Below are positions 19,533 through 30,211 of a stretch of DNA of 51,901 nt, piece after piece. Numbering within the stretch: the first letter of the stretch is position 1; the number at the start of each line of letters is the position of its first letter. The notes beneath the pieces are model-generated. The model was not told the DNA's origin and ran no database searches. It saw nothing but the letters and a program-made list of their open reading frames with translations. The stretch lies in assembly GCA_005790545.1 (NCBI GenBank), contig SXUL01000011.1, positions 1-51,901 of the forward strand. The letters are read 5' to 3'. This DNA comes from Planctomycetia bacterium. Its GTDB lineage: Bacteria; Planctomycetota; GCA-002687715. The position numbers were made by a program, and so were the translations under genes.

Positions 19533-20896
19533 CTTGCGGCTCCTTGCTCATCCTGCGGGGTCCCGAAAAGCGTGAGTGCCGTGGCGCGCTGAATGCGCAC
19601 CTTTCGCAGCATGCCTTGCAGGTCTCCAGCGGCCTTGAAACACACGATTTCATTCCACGCGCTGCGCGCGCTCCACACGCTCTCGTCCAGCTTGCTCGGG
19701 CCTTCCACCAGCACTTCCAGCTCCAGCCCGATGCGCTGCTGCTTGCGCGCGGCAGACATCCCGAGTTGCAGGGCCAGCAAGCGCTGGTTGCGGTCTTCCT
19801 TCACGGCGCGTGGCACATCGTCCGCCATCTCCGCGGCCCGGGTGCCTTCGCGCGGCGAGTACTTGAACACGAACGATCCGGAGAACTCGAGTTCACGCAG
19901 CAGTGCTGCGCTGCTCTCAAATTCCTCTTCCGTCTCGCCCGGAAAGCCGACGATCCAGTCGGTCGCCAGCGCGAGATCGGGGACCCGTCTGCGCAAGGTC
20001 GCCACCGCTGAACGATAGTCTGCCACGCTGTAGCCGCGATTCATGCGCTGCAACATGCGATCCGAACCGGACTGCACGGGCAAGTGCAGGTAACGCGAGA
20101 TGCGCGGATGGTCGGCAATGGCTGCTGCCAACTCATCCGTCATGTGGTTGGGATGAGAGGTCAGGAAACAAATGCGGACGAGCCCGGCGACTTCCTCGTG
20201 CAACCGCGTGAGCAGTTGCGCGAGATTGGTGCCATCACGGAGATCCGCGCCATAAGTGTCGATGCGCTGGCCGAGCAGCGTGATCTCGACAACACCATCG
20301 TCGACGAGCCGCCGCGCCTCTTCCAGTACATCCGCAATGGGGCGACTCTGCTCGCGGCCTTGGGTGTACGGCACGATGCAGAAAGTGCAAAACTTGTTGC
20401 ACCCGCGCATGACGCTCACGAATGCTTGATGCCTGCGTGGGCGTGCGGTCACGTCGCGCTCGAAGCTCAAGGGCTTCCGGTCCACCGCGAGCACCCGCTT
20501 TCCGCTGCGCGCCTCCTCGACAAGGCTCACGACGTCCTCGAAGCGTGACGTACCGATCACGAGGTCCAAGTGCGGGGCGCGTGCGAAGAGTTCCTCTTGA
20601 TGGTTCTGGGCCATGCAGCCCATCACGCCGATGCGGAGCTCCGGACGCTCCTGCTTCATCCGCTTCAGGGCACCGAGCCGTCCATACACCTTGTCTTCAG
20701 CGTGTTCTCGAACGCTGCATGTGTAGTAGAGGACGAGATCGGCATCGGCAGCAGTGCCTGCGCGCTCGTAGCCAGCACCGGCAAGCCGTCCCAGAACCAG
20801 CTCGGAATCGAGCCGGTTCATCTGGCAGCCCATATCCTCCAGGAACACGCGAGGGCGTGTTCCCGAGTCGGCAGCACTGGTGACGGAATCCCCCAT
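19529..20896 (-). CDS. miaB: tRNA-i6A37 methylthiotransferase MiaB (radical SAM plus TRAM).
   Basis: MTTase N-terminal cysteine triad (MGCQMN, YYTC, MGC), radical-SAM motif CNKFCTFCIVP, and MiaB-typical DDVPRAVKEDRNQRL. Confidence 0.85.
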   Translation of the reverse strand: MGDSVTSAADSGTRPRVFLEDMGCQMNRLDSELVLGRLAGAGYERAGTAADADLVLYYTCSVREHAEDKVYGRLGALKRMKQERPELRIGVMGCMAQNHQEELFARAPHLDLVIGTSRFEDVVSLVEEARSGKRVLAVDRKPLSFERDVTARPRRHQAFVSVMRGCNKFCTFCIVPYTQGREQSRPIADVLEEARRLVDDGVVEITLLGQRIDTYGADLRDGTNLAQLLTRLHEEVAGLVRICFLTSHPNHMTDELAAAIADHPRISRYLHLPVQSGSDRMLQRMNRGYSVADYRSAVATLRRRVPDLALATDWIVGFPGETEEEFESSAALLRELEFSGSFVFKYSPREGTRAAEMADDVPRAVKEDRNQRLLALQLGMSAARKQQRIGLELEVLVEGPSKLDESVWSARSAWNEIVCFKAAGDLQGMLRKVRIQRATALTLFGTPQDEQGAAR

Positions 20897-21324
20897 GCGG
20901 GCGGAATGTTAGGAACGGTCAAGCGCGCTGCAAGCCGGAAGAACCATGATTGGGCGAGGCGTAAGGGGTCCATTACAGCGCTCCCTGACCGTGACGGGCG
21001 ACACAAACCGGGGTGCACCATCCCGTGCACGAAAACCGGCATCCCGCAGCGAAATGCCTCTGCGAGCAGGATTTTCAGTGCCGACGGAGTTCGGCACGGT
21101 GCTTGCGTTATCCAACGCGAACGCACAAAGCGCGGTGATCAGCCGCGTGAAGAAATGGCTGCTCTGCAGCCAAGCAAGTGTTGGGTGATAGTTCCTGAAG
21201 CTGGGTGTCGGCCTTGGAGGCTGGCGCCCGGTTTCTTTTTCAAGAGTGGCAGAACGCCCAACGCGCCTGCCAGTGCAGTCAGGCGGCGCTGAGGCTGGTT
21301 CGTGGCACCCGGCGGGCCGAGGAG

Positions 21325-21957
21325 TCAGTTCTCCTCGTCCACCACCATCTTCTGGAACTTCTCGGTCGGCGAGTCGGCGCCGATGACGGGGTATTCACCA
21401 CCCACGCTGGCCGCCTCAATCCAGTCGGTCGAGCCAGCCAAGGTCAGGAAGCAGATGCCCTTCGAGGCATGCGGCAGGAGCGCCAGATGCTCCGCATCCC
21501 CATTGCCGCTTGGCACCTTGTCGCAGATGATCACTTTTTCGGCGGCATTGAGATCTTGTGGTGCAAGGCCCTTGCGCGTGCCGACCTGATCGGGCCCGGT
21601 GTAGTGAATGCCGTCTGCCGTCACATTGCCGAGGTCTGCATCCGGCCCGAGATTCATGGACGGACAGAAGAAGATCTCTGCGTCCTTTTGCGTGTGATCC
21701 ACGATGCCCGCGTGCCAGACGCCCAGAACGAACTCAGCACCTGAGGCGCGCGGGAAGTGCTTGTGGTTGGTCTGGTAGATCAAGAGGCTCTTGTAGATCG
21801 CGTCGAGGTGGCTCTTGCAGGCGGTGATGTCTGCCTGGCGCATGATGCGCGGAATGCCGACCATGCCGAGCCCCGCCAGCGTGGCGATGATGGCCATCAC
21901 GACCAGAAGCTCGATCAGAGTGAATCCCGAGCGATTGCGGCGAGCTGTCGAACCCAT
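21325..21957 (-). CDS. Prepilin-type N-terminal cleavage/methylation domain protein, DUF1559-like.
   Basis: Class III signal GFTLIELLVVMAIIATLAG. The downstream ...YQTNHKHFP... motif is typical of Planctomycete/Verrucomicrobial DUF1559 pseudopilin-like proteins. Confidence 0.7.
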   Translation of the reverse strand: MGSTARRNRSGFTLIELLVVMAIIATLAGLGMVGIPRIMRQADITACKSHLDAIYKSLLIYQTNHKHFPRASGAEFVLGVWHAGIVDHTQKDAEIFFCPSMNLGPDADLGNVTADGIHYTGPDQVGTRKGLAPQDLNAAEKVIICDKVPSGNGDAEHLALLPHASKGICFLTLAGSTDWIEAASVGGEYPVIGADSPTEKFQKMVVDEEN

Positions 21958-22044
21958 GAATGGCGCTCCTTCACGTGCGGCGTCCGCGCGTCCCCGGCAG
22001 TTCAGGGACGCGCCCATCCTATCCGACCCGCAATACGGCCCGGC

Positions 22045-23205
22045 TCAGAGTCCGGCGGATTTTTTCAGGGCCGCGGCCTTGTCCGTTCGCTCCCAGGTGA
22101 AGTTCTTCTCTTCGCGCCCGAAGTGACCGCCGGCAGCAGTCGCCCGGTAAATGGGCCGGAGCAACTGGAGCCCATCGATGATTCCGCGCGGGCGCAGGTC
22201 GAAGTTCTCGCGCACCAGCGCGGCGATGCGGTCCTCAGCGATGTGGTTCGTCCCGAAAGTCATGACGCGAATGCTCAGCGGATCAGCGCGGCCGATGGCG
22301 TAGCTGAGCTGCACTTCGCAGCGGTCCGCGAGCCCTGCGGCCACAACGTTCTTGGCCACCCAACGCGCGGCGTACGCGGCCGACCGATCCACCTTGCTCG
22401 GATCCTGGCCGGAGAAGGCGCCGCCACCATGGCGGCCCATACCGCCGTAGGTGTCCACGATGATCTTCCGGCCCGTCAGCCCGCAGTCGCCCTGGGGCCC
22501 GCCGATGACGAACGTGCCGGTGGGGTTGACGTGGTATTCCGTCTTCACGTCGAGGAGATCCAACGGCATGGTCCGCTTCACGAGGTCATTCACCACGTAG
22601 TCGCGAATGGCGGCGTTCGAAGCGTCCGGCGCGTGCTGCGTCGAGATGAGCACGTTGTGGATGCGCACAGGCACCTCGCCGTCGTATTCCACCGTGACCT
22701 GCGACTTCGAATCGGGGCGCAGCCACTTCACGCGCCCGGACTTCCTGTCATCCGTGAGCGTGTTCACGAGCCGGTGCGCGAGCAGGATCGGCATGGGCAT
22801 CAGCTCGGCCGTCTCGCGGCAGGCGTAGCCGAACATGATGCCCTGATCGCCGGCGCCCTGTTCCGCGGGTGAGGAGCGATCCACACCTTGCGCGATATCG
22901 GGAGACTGCTTGTCGAGGGTCACCACCACGGCGCAGGTCCGGCCATCGATGCCGAAGCTCGCGTCGGTGTAGCCCACGTCGCAGATGGTGTCGCGCACGA
23001 GCGCGGGGATGTCCACGATCGCCTTGGTCGTGATCTCACCGGCGACCACCGCGAGACCAGTGGTCACGAGGGTCTCGCAGGCCACGCGGCTGGACGGATC
23101 TTGCGCCAGCATCGCATCGAGCACGGAGTCGGAGATCTGGTCGGCGAGCTTGTCGGGATGGCCCATGGACACCGATTCGGACGTGAAGAGAACGCGTTCA
23201 GCCAT
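22045..23205 (-). CDS. metK: S-adenosylmethionine synthetase
   Basis: Conserved throughout: [55 protein letters not shown]. Confidence 0.95.
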   Translation of the reverse strand: MAERVLFTSESVSMGHPDKLADQISDSVLDAMLAQDPSSRVACETLVTTGLAVVAGEITTKAIVDIPALVRDTICDVGYTDASFGIDGRTCAVVVTLDKQSPDIAQGVDRSSPAEQGAGDQGIMFGYACRETAELMPMPILLAHRLVNTLTDDRKSGRVKWLRPDSKSQVTVEYDGEVPVRIHNVLISTQHAPDASNAAIRDYVVNDLVKRTMPLDLLDVKTEYHVNPTGTFVIGGPQGDCGLTGRKIIVDTYGGMGRHGGGAFSGQDPSKVDRSAAYAARWVAKNVVAAGLADRCEVQLSYAIGRADPLSIRVMTFGTNHIAEDRIAALVRENFDLRPRGIIDGLQLLRPIYRATAAGGHFGREEKNFTWERTDKAAALKKSAGL

Positions 23206-24490
23206 TGGGAACTGACTCCTTGTGGGCCCTCAGAACAAGGCCCCCTGTGAATGCCAAAGTGCGCTGCAGTGCCCCTGCATGCGCCGCGATCACTAGACGC
23301 GCGCCCTCGCGGGCACGGGTATGGAGTGATGCGTCGCCGAGGCAGTTGAGGATGATTCTCTCACACTCCGCGGCGCTCGAAAACCGGGCCCGCTGGAGCG
23401 TCCCTGCGGCTTCCAGCTCCTCCGCCCTGCCCGCGACCGTGGCGAGATGCGGGCCTGTGAAAATCGGCACGCCTGCCGCAGCCGGTTCGAGAAGATTGTG
23501 GCCTCCGACCGGCACGAGACTGCCGCCGACGAATGCGAGATCCGCCGCAGCGTAGAGCGAAGCGAGTTGACCCATGCTGTCCACGAGGATGATGTCCGCA
23601 CCTTCCGCAGCGGGAAGGTCACGCAGCAAGACTACCCTGCCATGCCGCGCGGCGAGCCGGCGCACGGACTCGACACGCTCAAGGTGCCGCGGCGCCAGCA
23701 CAAGGCGCGTGGCAGCGCCGCTTTGACGCACTGCCGCATGCGCGCGAAGCAGCAGCTCTTCTTCGCCTTCGTGCGTGCTTCCTGCAACCAGCACTCTCTC
23801 GTCCGCGCCGCACCCGAGCTTCCGGCGCCATTCTTCCCGCTCTGCGGCAGCGTCGCGGAAGTGTGCGTTGTCCGCCTTGAGGTCACCGCACACGCGCAAT
23901 CTGTCCGCAGCCACGCCGAGGGAGCGAAAACGCTCACAATGCGCAACGTTCTGGACCGCAATTCTCTGCACTGGGTCGAGGATGCGCGGAAGAACACCAA
24001 GAATGCGCTTCCATCCGCGCTGACTTCGCAGTGAGAGGCGCGCATTCACGAGCAGCACCGGGATGTCGGCACGGGCCGCCAAGGCGAGCAGGTTGGGCCA
24101 GAGTTCGAGTTCCATCAACACGAGCGCTGTCGGGCGCGTGCGTGCGAGGAAGCGCCGCACTGCCGAGCTGAAGTCGAGCGGGCATGGTTCCACAGCCTCC
24201 GCACCAAACTCGCGTTGTGCCGTCGCGATCCCGAGCACCGTCGTGCTGGTGACGAGTACTTCCGCGCCGCGATCGCGGAGCGCACGCACCAGCCCTCGCG
24301 CGGCGAGAATCTCGCCTACGCTGACGCCGTGCACCCACACGCGAACCTGCACCGCGGTGCGCTCGCGGACGAACCCGAGGCGCGCCGCGAGCGGCGGCAT
24401 CGGCCGGCGACGGATGATGCGGCGCACCGCCCAGAAAGGGCCCGCCACCAGCACCACCAGGAGGTACAGGAGGTCCGTGAGAAGCAGCAT
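23198..24490 (-). CDS. waaA: 3-deoxy-D-manno-octulosonic acid (Kdo) transferase WaaA/KdtA
   Basis: N-terminal TM anchor followed by WVHGVSVGE, and glycosyltransferase GT-B C-terminal motifs ([28 protein letters not shown]). Confidence 0.85.
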   Translation of the reverse strand: MLLLTDLLYLLVVLVAGPFWAVRRIIRRRPMPPLAARLGFVRERTAVQVRVWVHGVSVGEILAARGLVRALRDRGAEVLVTSTTVLGIATAQREFGAEAVEPCPLDFSSAVRRFLARTRPTALVLMELELWPNLLALAARADIPVLLVNARLSLRSQRGWKRILGVLPRILDPVQRIAVQNVAHCERFRSLGVAADRLRVCGDLKADNAHFRDAAAEREEWRRKLGCGADERVLVAGSTHEGEEELLLRAHAAVRQSGAATRLVLAPRHLERVESVRRLAARHGRVVLLRDLPAAEGADIILVDSMGQLASLYAAADLAFVGGSLVPVGGHNLLEPAAAGVPIFTGPHLATVAGRAEELEAAGTLQRARFSSAAECERIILNCLGDASLHTRAREGARLVIAAHAGALQRTLAFTGGLVLRAHKESVPNG

Positions 24491-24496
24491 GGCCCT

Positions 24497-27106
24497 CTAC
24501 TGGGCGAGACCGTGGCAGCGCTTGTACTTCTGGCCCGAGCCGCAAGGGCAGTCATCGTTCCGCCCGACGCGCGGCCCCGTGTGCTTGAACGGCTTCGGTG
24601 CTTCGGTCGACTGGTTCTGCTGCGAAGCCTGTTCCATTTCCGAACTCGCAGCGCCCGGCGTTGAAGCGTGGCTTGCCTCGCCCCCCGCCCAGACATCCTT
24701 CGCAGGTTCGAGATGTTCTTCCTGCCGCGGCCCCACCTCGATGCGCACGATGCCTTCAACGACTTCGTCCTCGATGCTGCGCAGCATCGCCTCGAAGAGC
24801 TGATAGCCCTCGCGCTTGTAGGCCACCTTCGGGTCTTCGTTGCCGTAGGCGCGCAGCCCGATGCCGGACTTCAGCGCATCCATCTGCAGGAGCTGCTCTT
24901 TCCACTTGCCATCAAAGGCATTGAGCAGGATGAAGCGCGCCACCGCGGTCGCAAGCTCCTCACCCATGGCCTGGGAGCGAGCGTCGTGAAGCTCCATGAA
25001 TCGCTCGACGAGGATGCGCTCGAGCTCGACGCGCACGCGGGGCAGCTCGGAGGCAGCGTCCTCGCCGGTTCTGCGCTTCCACCATTCGCCCACTGCGGCG
25101 AGGTCCCACTCAGCCGGCTTCGCACTTTCGGGGCAGAACAGTTCCAACATGCGCCCGGTGCTCTGGCGCAGCATGCGCTCGACAAGCCCGCGCAGATCAT
25201 CGCCGCGCAGGATCTGCTGGCGATGGTCGTAAATGAGTGTGCGCTGCTCGTTCATCACCTCGTCATATTCGAGCAGGCGCTTTCTGATCTCGAAGTTGCG
25301 CTCTTCCACCTTCTTCTGCGCTCGCTCCACGGAGCGTGTGACCATGGAATGCGTGAGGACCTCGTCATCGCGCAGCCCCAGCTTGTGCAGCATGGCGGTG
25401 ATCTTCGGCCCCGCGAAGCGGCGCATGAGGTCGTCCTCGAGCGCAAGATAGAAACGCGTGGAGCCGGGGTCGCCCTGACGACCAGAGCGGCCGCGAAGCT
25501 GGTTGTCGATGCGGCGCGCCTCGTGGCGTTCCGTGCCGATGACGTGCAGCCCGCCAGCAGTGACGACCTCGGGCGGCAGCTTGATGTCCGTGCCGCGGCC
25601 CGCCAGGTTGGTGGCGATGGTCACGCGCCCGGCGCCGCCAGCGCGCGCGATGATCTCCGCCTCGCGCGCGTGGTGCTTGGCGTTGAGCACGTCATGCGCG
25701 ATGCCCTTCCGCGTCAGCACCTCGGACAACTTCTCCGACTTCTCGATGGACGTGGTGCCCACCAGCACGGGCCGTCCGGCTCCGTGCTGTTCGAGGATGT
25801 CCGTCACGACAGCCGTGAACTTCGCCTTCTCGGTGGCGTAGAGGAGATCCTCCATGTCGTCGCGCACCATGGGCCGGTTGGTGGGAATCGGCATGACATC
25901 AAGCCCGTAAATGCGCACGAATTCTCCGGCCTCGGTGAGTGCCGTGCCGGTCATGCCCGCGAGCTTGTCATAGAGCTTGAAGAAGTTCTGGAAGGTGATG
26001 GTGGCGAGCGTCTGGTTCTCGGCGCGGATGGCGATGCGTTCTTTCGCTTCGACCGCCTGGTGCAAACCATCACCCCAGCGTCGCCCGGCCATGAGGCGGC
26101 CGGTGAACTCGTCCACGATGATGACTTCCTGCCCGCCGGTCTCGCCCGGCTGCACCACGTAGTCCACATCCTTCTTGTAGATGTGATGCGCTCGCAGTGA
26201 TTGTTCGATGAGATGCGGCCACTCCATGTTGCGCCCGGAGTAGAAGGACTCGACGCCAGCGATGCGCTGGGCCTCGATGATCCCGTCTTCCGTGAGCATC
26301 ACCTGCTGCTCCTTCTCCTTCACCTCGAAGTGCTGCTCGGTGGTGAGGCGGCGCGCGATGGCATCGGCCTTGCCGTACTTCCAGGTGTCCCCTTCCGACG
26401 GTCCCGAGATGATGAGCGGCGTGCGGGCTTCGTCAATAAGGATGTTGTCCACCTCGTCGAGAATGGCGAAGTTGCGGCGCTGCACCTGCGATTCCAGCGA
26501 CGACTTCCTGGTGTCGCGGAGATAGTCGAACCCGACCTCGTTGTGCGTGCCGTAGGTGATGTCGGCGTCGTAGGCGGGCTTCCGCTGCGCCGGAGTCATG
26601 TCCGCCTGGATCACACCCACCTGCAGGCCGAGGCGCTCGTAGATGGGCCCCATCCACTCGCGGTCGCGGCGAGCGAGATAGTCGTTCACCGTGATCACGT
26701 GCACGCCACGGCCGCTGAGAGCGTTGAGGTAGGCCGGTGCTGTGGCAACGAGAGTCTTGCCCTCGCCTGTCGCCATCTCCGAGATCATGCCGCGATGCAG
26801 CACGATGCCACCGAGCAACTGCACATCGAAGTGCCTCAGTCCCTTCTCGGCTCCGGGCGGCGGAGTGCGTGCGCTCATTTCGCGCACGACTGCGAAGGCC
26901 TCCGGAAGCAGTGCATCCAGAGCTTCCCCTCCAGCGACACGTGCACGAAAGCGGTCTGTCTCGGCCCGCAATTCGGCGTCGCTCATGGCCGCAACAGCGC
27001 CGCTGCGCGCGTTGACCGCATGCACGAGGGGCAACAGTTTCTTCAACTCGCGCTCTGTGCGCGAACCGAACACCTTGGTGAAGAGCTTGAAGAACTTGTC
27101 GATCAT
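24497..27106 (-). CDS. secA: Preprotein translocase ATPase SecA
   Basis: DEAD-like motor motifs ([31 protein letters not shown]), 869 aa, and the C-terminal zinc-binding tail [14 protein letters not shown]. Confidence 0.95.
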   Translation of the reverse strand: MIDKFFKLFTKVFGSRTERELKKLLPLVHAVNARSGAVAAMSDAELRAETDRFRARVAGGEALDALLPEAFAVVREMSARTPPPGAEKGLRHFDVQLLGGIVLHRGMISEMATGEGKTLVATAPAYLNALSGRGVHVITVNDYLARRDREWMGPIYERLGLQVGVIQADMTPAQRKPAYDADITYGTHNEVGFDYLRDTRKSSLESQVQRRNFAILDEVDNILIDEARTPLIISGPSEGDTWKYGKADAIARRLTTEQHFEVKEKEQQVMLTEDGIIEAQRIAGVESFYSGRNMEWPHLIEQSLRAHHIYKKDVDYVVQPGETGGQEVIIVDEFTGRLMAGRRWGDGLHQAVEAKERIAIRAENQTLATITFQNFFKLYDKLAGMTGTALTEAGEFVRIYGLDVMPIPTNRPMVRDDMEDLLYATEKAKFTAVVTDILEQHGAGRPVLVGTTSIEKSEKLSEVLTRKGIAHDVLNAKHHAREAEIIARAGGAGRVTIATNLAGRGTDIKLPPEVVTAGGLHVIGTERHEARRIDNQLRGRSGRQGDPGSTRFYLALEDDLMRRFAGPKITAMLHKLGLRDDEVLTHSMVTRSVERAQKKVEERNFEIRKRLLEYDEVMNEQRTLIYDHRQQILRGDDLRGLVERMLRQSTGRMLELFCPESAKPAEWDLAAVGEWWKRRTGEDAASELPRVRVELERILVERFMELHDARSQAMGEELATAVARFILLNAFDGKWKEQLLQMDALKSGIGLRAYGNEDPKVAYKREGYQLFEAMLRSIEDEVVEGIVRIEVGPRQEEHLEPAKDVWAGGEASHASTPGAASSEMEQASQQNQSTEAPKPFKHTGPRVGRNDDCPCGSGQKYKRCHGLAQ

Positions 27107-27963
27107 GTGAGCCGTCCGCCACCGCCACGCCGTTCACGATCCTCCGGAGTCCCGATGTGCCGGGCGATGAACTTGAGCAGCACTTCCGTCTCGAAGGGCT
27201 TGACCATGAAGCCGTCGATCACGGAAAAGTTGGAGGATGCGATGCTCGCGGCCGTGGCGAGGATAAACGGGATCTGGCGCGTGTCATCCCGGGCGCGAAG
27301 CCGTACGGCCAGATCGAGCCCGCTCTGCCCGGCACCCATTTCGAGATCGCTGAGCACCAGATCCGGTGCTTCCTCCTCGATGGCAACGAGCGCGGCCTCG
27401 GCCGTGTGCACGACCGTCGTGCGGTATCCGCGGCGTTGCAGCATGGCTTGCACACCTTGGGCGATGCCGCGATCGTCATCGACCACGAGAACGCGCGGTG
27501 CCGTGCTGCGCACGGCCGGTCCTGGCGGCGTCTCCCGCTCCACACGCGCCACGATCTCGATGAAGGTCGGCACCCCCGCCTCGCGCCACCCCTTCTCGAT
27601 GCGCTCCTTCAACTGCTGGTTCCAGCGCTTGAGTTCGAGCCACGCGTCGTAGTCCGGGAAACAGTCCTTGAGTTCCACGTCGTCGTGCGTGTCCACGGCA
27701 AAGAAAAAGCGCCCCTTCACGAGGAGCTCCTGGAACACGAGCTTCATGAACGGATAGCGCTCGTTGCCGAGGCGGAGGGTCCAGCGTCGCATGTTGCCAG
27801 CGCGCTGGTCCCTGACGAAGTGTTCGAGTGCCCCCGCCAAGTCGGCCGCATCGCTCAACGGAGGCAGCTTCTCACCGCCCTCCGGGAATGCGAGCTTGCA
27901 ATAGATCTCCGCCGCCTTGCAGAGCGTCTCGAGGGGGATTTCCTCGAAGCCCGGCTGGCTCAT
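27103..27963 (-). CDS. Receiver (REC) domain protein with an uncharacterised roughly 175 aa N-terminal domain (inverted response-regulator architecture).
   Basis: C-terminal CheY-like domain: PRVLVVDDD...DLVLSDLEM...MVKPF, with the acidic pocket, phospho-Asp and Lys all present. Start taken at the internal Met (MSQPGFEE). The cat at 27961-27963 shares ATGA with the pyrD stop, and the stop shares 4 nt with the secA start. Confidence 0.7.
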   Translation of the reverse strand: MSQPGFEEIPLETLCKAAEIYCKLAFPEGGEKLPPLSDAADLAGALEHFVRDQRAGNMRRWTLRLGNERYPFMKLVFQELLVKGRFFFAVDTHDDVELKDCFPDYDAWLELKRWNQQLKERIEKGWREAGVPTFIEIVARVERETPPGPAVRSTAPRVLVVDDDRGIAQGVQAMLQRRGYRTTVVHTAEAALVAIEEEAPDLVLSDLEMGAGQSGLDLAVRLRARDDTRQIPFILATAASIASSNFSVIDGFMVKPFETEVLLKFIARHIGTPEDRERRGGGGRLT

Positions 27964-28886
27964 GGCCGCGGCACCTCGAGCGTGCCCGTGAGTTCCCAGA
28001 GAGGGGGCAATGACTCGGCGCGTTGCAACTGACTGAGTTCGTCCGCGATCCGTACCAGCGCCGCCGGATCGGCGAAGTTCGCCGTTCCCACTTGCACCGC
28101 ACTCGCACCCGCGACAAGAAACTCGAGCACATCCGTCGCGCTGCTGATCCCGCCGATTCCGATGATGGGGCACCGGAGCGCGCGCCAAACGCGCTGCACG
28201 GCGGCCAGTGCCAACGGCTTGATGGCCGGCCCGGAGAGCCCCCCCATGCCGGAGGGCGATCCGAGCTCCGGTCGACGGCGCCGCCAATCCACTGCCAACC
28301 CCTGATAGGTGTTCACCAGCGACAGGATGTCCGCTCCGCCCTCAATAGCGGCGCGCGCCAGTTCCGTGATGTCCGTCACGTTGGGCGTGAGCTTCACGAT
28401 GAGTGGTTTCGCCGTCGCCGCGCGACAGGCCGCAACCAGAGTCTTCAACTCGGGAGCGCGCGTTCCGAAGTCGAGTCCTCCGGAAACGTTCGGGCAGGAG
28501 ACGTTCAGTTCGATGGCGTCGAGCCCCTCGGTGGAACCGAAGCGGCGCGTGAGCACGGCGAAATCCTCGATGGATTCACCAGCCACGTTGAGGATGCGCG
28601 CGCAGGGCAAACGCAGCATTTCGGGGAGCACCTCGCGCTCGAACTCAGCGGCACCAGGATTCATCAGGCCGATACTGTTGAGCATGCCGGCCTCGACCTC
28701 GAAGATGCGCGGCGTCTTGTTGCCACGCCTCGGCTCCGTGGTCACGGACTTGCTCACGACGCCACCGACGCGCGAGAGATCGGCGAAGGGCACAGCTTCG
28801 ATGCCGCTGCCATAGGTGCCGCTGGCGGCGAGGACCGGGTTCCTGAGCTTCAGTGGCCCGAGCGTGACAGCCGTCGCATCGTTCAT
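27960..28886 (-). CDS. pyrD: Dihydroorotate dehydrogenase catalytic subunit (class 1, PyrD)
   Basis: Class-1 DHODH motifs LAASGTYGSG, NSIGLMNPG, IELNVSCPN, GGISSATDVLEFLVAGASAVQVGTA. Confidence 0.9.
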   Translation of the reverse strand: MNDATAVTLGPLKLRNPVLAASGTYGSGIEAVPFADLSRVGGVVSKSVTTEPRRGNKTPRIFEVEAGMLNSIGLMNPGAAEFEREVLPEMLRLPCARILNVAGESIEDFAVLTRRFGSTEGLDAIELNVSCPNVSGGLDFGTRAPELKTLVAACRAATAKPLIVKLTPNVTDITELARAAIEGGADILSLVNTYQGLAVDWRRRRPELGSPSGMGGLSGPAIKPLALAAVQRVWRALRCPIIGIGGISSATDVLEFLVAGASAVQVGTANFADPAALVRIADELSQLQRAESLPPLWELTGTLEVPRP

Positions 28887-29377
28887 GCGGCCGCCAGTCT
28901 GCGGCGGCGAGGCTCCACGAACAGAAACCAGATGCCGAGCGCGACGGCACCTACGGAGATGTAGCTGTCAGCGAGATTGAAGGTCGGGAACTGCCAGCCC
29001 CAGAACACCCAGGTCACAAAGTCCCGCACACGACCGTTGCCGGTCATGTTGTCGTAGAGATTGCCGAGTGCTCCGGAGAGGACGAGCACCAGCGCCCCTT
29101 CGACCCACCATGGCAGCCCCCTCGATTTCAGACACTGCCAGAGAATCAGTGCAAACACGGCGCCGCGCAGGATCACCCAGAAGAAGGCAGGCAAACCCTG
29201 GAACAGGCTCCACATGGCGCCATCGTTCTCGGCGTGGGTGATGTAGAAGAACCCGTCAATGACGGCGATAGGCTGAGACCCGTAATGGGGCACCCGCGCA
29301 AAGGCCCAGCTCTTGGTCAGAAGATCAAGCGAGGCCAAGGCCAGAATCACAGCGACGATGAGGAACGCGCGCCGCAT
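28883..29377 (-). CDS. lspA: Lipoprotein signal peptidase II
   Basis: Four TM helices and the conserved NLYDNMTGNGRVRDF ... FNLADSYISVG motifs. It overlaps the pyrD start by 4 nt. Confidence 0.85.
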   Translation of the reverse strand: MRRAFLIVAVILALASLDLLTKSWAFARVPHYGSQPIAVIDGFFYITHAENDGAMWSLFQGLPAFFWVILRGAVFALILWQCLKSRGLPWWVEGALVLVLSGALGNLYDNMTGNGRVRDFVTWVFWGWQFPTFNLADSYISVGAVALGIWFLFVEPRRRRLAAA

Positions 29378-29383
29378 CGAGCA

Positions 29384-30211
29384 TCACGCGTGGGCGGATT
29401 CCTGCGCCTCTTGGCAATCAAGGCAGTGTCGCGCATGAGGCAGGAACTCGAGGCGCTCCTTCCTGATGTTGTCGTCGCAGTTCTCGCAGTGGCCGTAGGT
29501 GCCCTCCGCGATCTTGGCGAGCGCTTCATCAATGGCCTGGATCGTCGTCTGCTCGCGCTCCACGAGGGAGAGCGTCATGTCCTGCTCGTAGACATCCGTG
29601 CCATGGTCCGCGATGTTGTCGCCGGAGGGTGCATTGCCGCTTTCGAGTGCTTCGTTGCGCATGCCATGCACCGTGCCGGAAATGCGCGCCTTCTCTTCCA
29701 GCAAACGCAGGCGGAGCTTTTCGATGTCCGCGCTGGTGAGCGGCGGTGTCTTCTTCTTGGGCGCCGCCTTCTTCACAGGGGCGAGCGAGCCAATCACTGG
29801 CCTGCCGAAGAAGTTCGGGGGCAGTTTGGGCACGGCGGGCTTCTGCTTCGCGACGAACTTGCCCTTGGCAGCGGGAGCCTTGGGAGCAACCACACCCTTC
29901 GCGGGTTGGACAGCGCCCTTCGCAGCGGCGCCCTTCGCAGGTTGAGCGGCGCCCTTGGAAAGAACGACGCCCTTCACCGGCTGGGCCGCGCCCTTCGTGG
30001 TCGCAGGTGACTTGCCCGCTGGCTGGGGCTTGCCCTTCGCGGCTGCCGCTGTTTTGGTGGCCGGAGTCGAGGCCTTGCCTGGAGGTTTGCCCTTGGGTGC
30101 TGCAACTGCGCCCTTCTTGGGCGTGCCACCCTTCTTTGCGGGCGACGCTGCCTTGGCCTTCGGTTGCGGCTTCTTCGCCGATTTCTGCGGCGGTGTCTTC
30201 TTCTTGGCCAT
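29384..30211 (-). CDS. DksA/TraR-family C4 zinc-finger protein fused to an N-terminal histone-H1-like Lys/Ala/Pro-rich tail.
   Basis: The C-terminus has a DksA-like coiled coil plus CENC...CLDC zinc finger (GTYGHCENCDDNIRKERLEFLPHARHCLDCQE). The roughly 150 aa N-terminus is MAKKKTPPQKSAKKPQPKAKAASPAKKGGTPKKG...KGAAQPAKGAAAKGAVQPAKG. Start set at the cat at 30209-30211. Confidence 0.7.
   Translation of the reverse strand: MAKKKTPPQKSAKKPQPKAKAASPAKKGGTPKKGAVAAPKGKPPGKASTPATKTAAAAKGKPQPAGKSPATTKGAAQPVKGVVLSKGAAQPAKGAAAKGAVQPAKGVVAPKAPAAKGKFVAKQKPAVPKLPPNFFGRPVIGSLAPVKKAAPKKKTPPLTSADIEKLRLRLLEEKARISGTVHGMRNEALESGNAPSGDNIADHGTDVYEQDMTLSLVEREQTTIQAIDEALAKIAEGTYGHCENCDDNIRKERLEFLPHARHCLDCQEAQESAHA

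Noticed and set aside
24668-26200. A 510 aa plus-strand ORF (and a 483 aa ORF at 26201..27652) antisense to secA.
   Set aside because: They lie entirely inside the strongly conserved secA gene on the opposite strand. They have no domain signatures.
27103-28287. The full 394 aa version of the REC-protein ORF.
   Set aside because: The N-terminal 108 codons overlap pyrD in another frame and are Arg/Gly-rich noise. The internal ATG at 27963, which forms ATGA with the pyrD stop, is the credible start.
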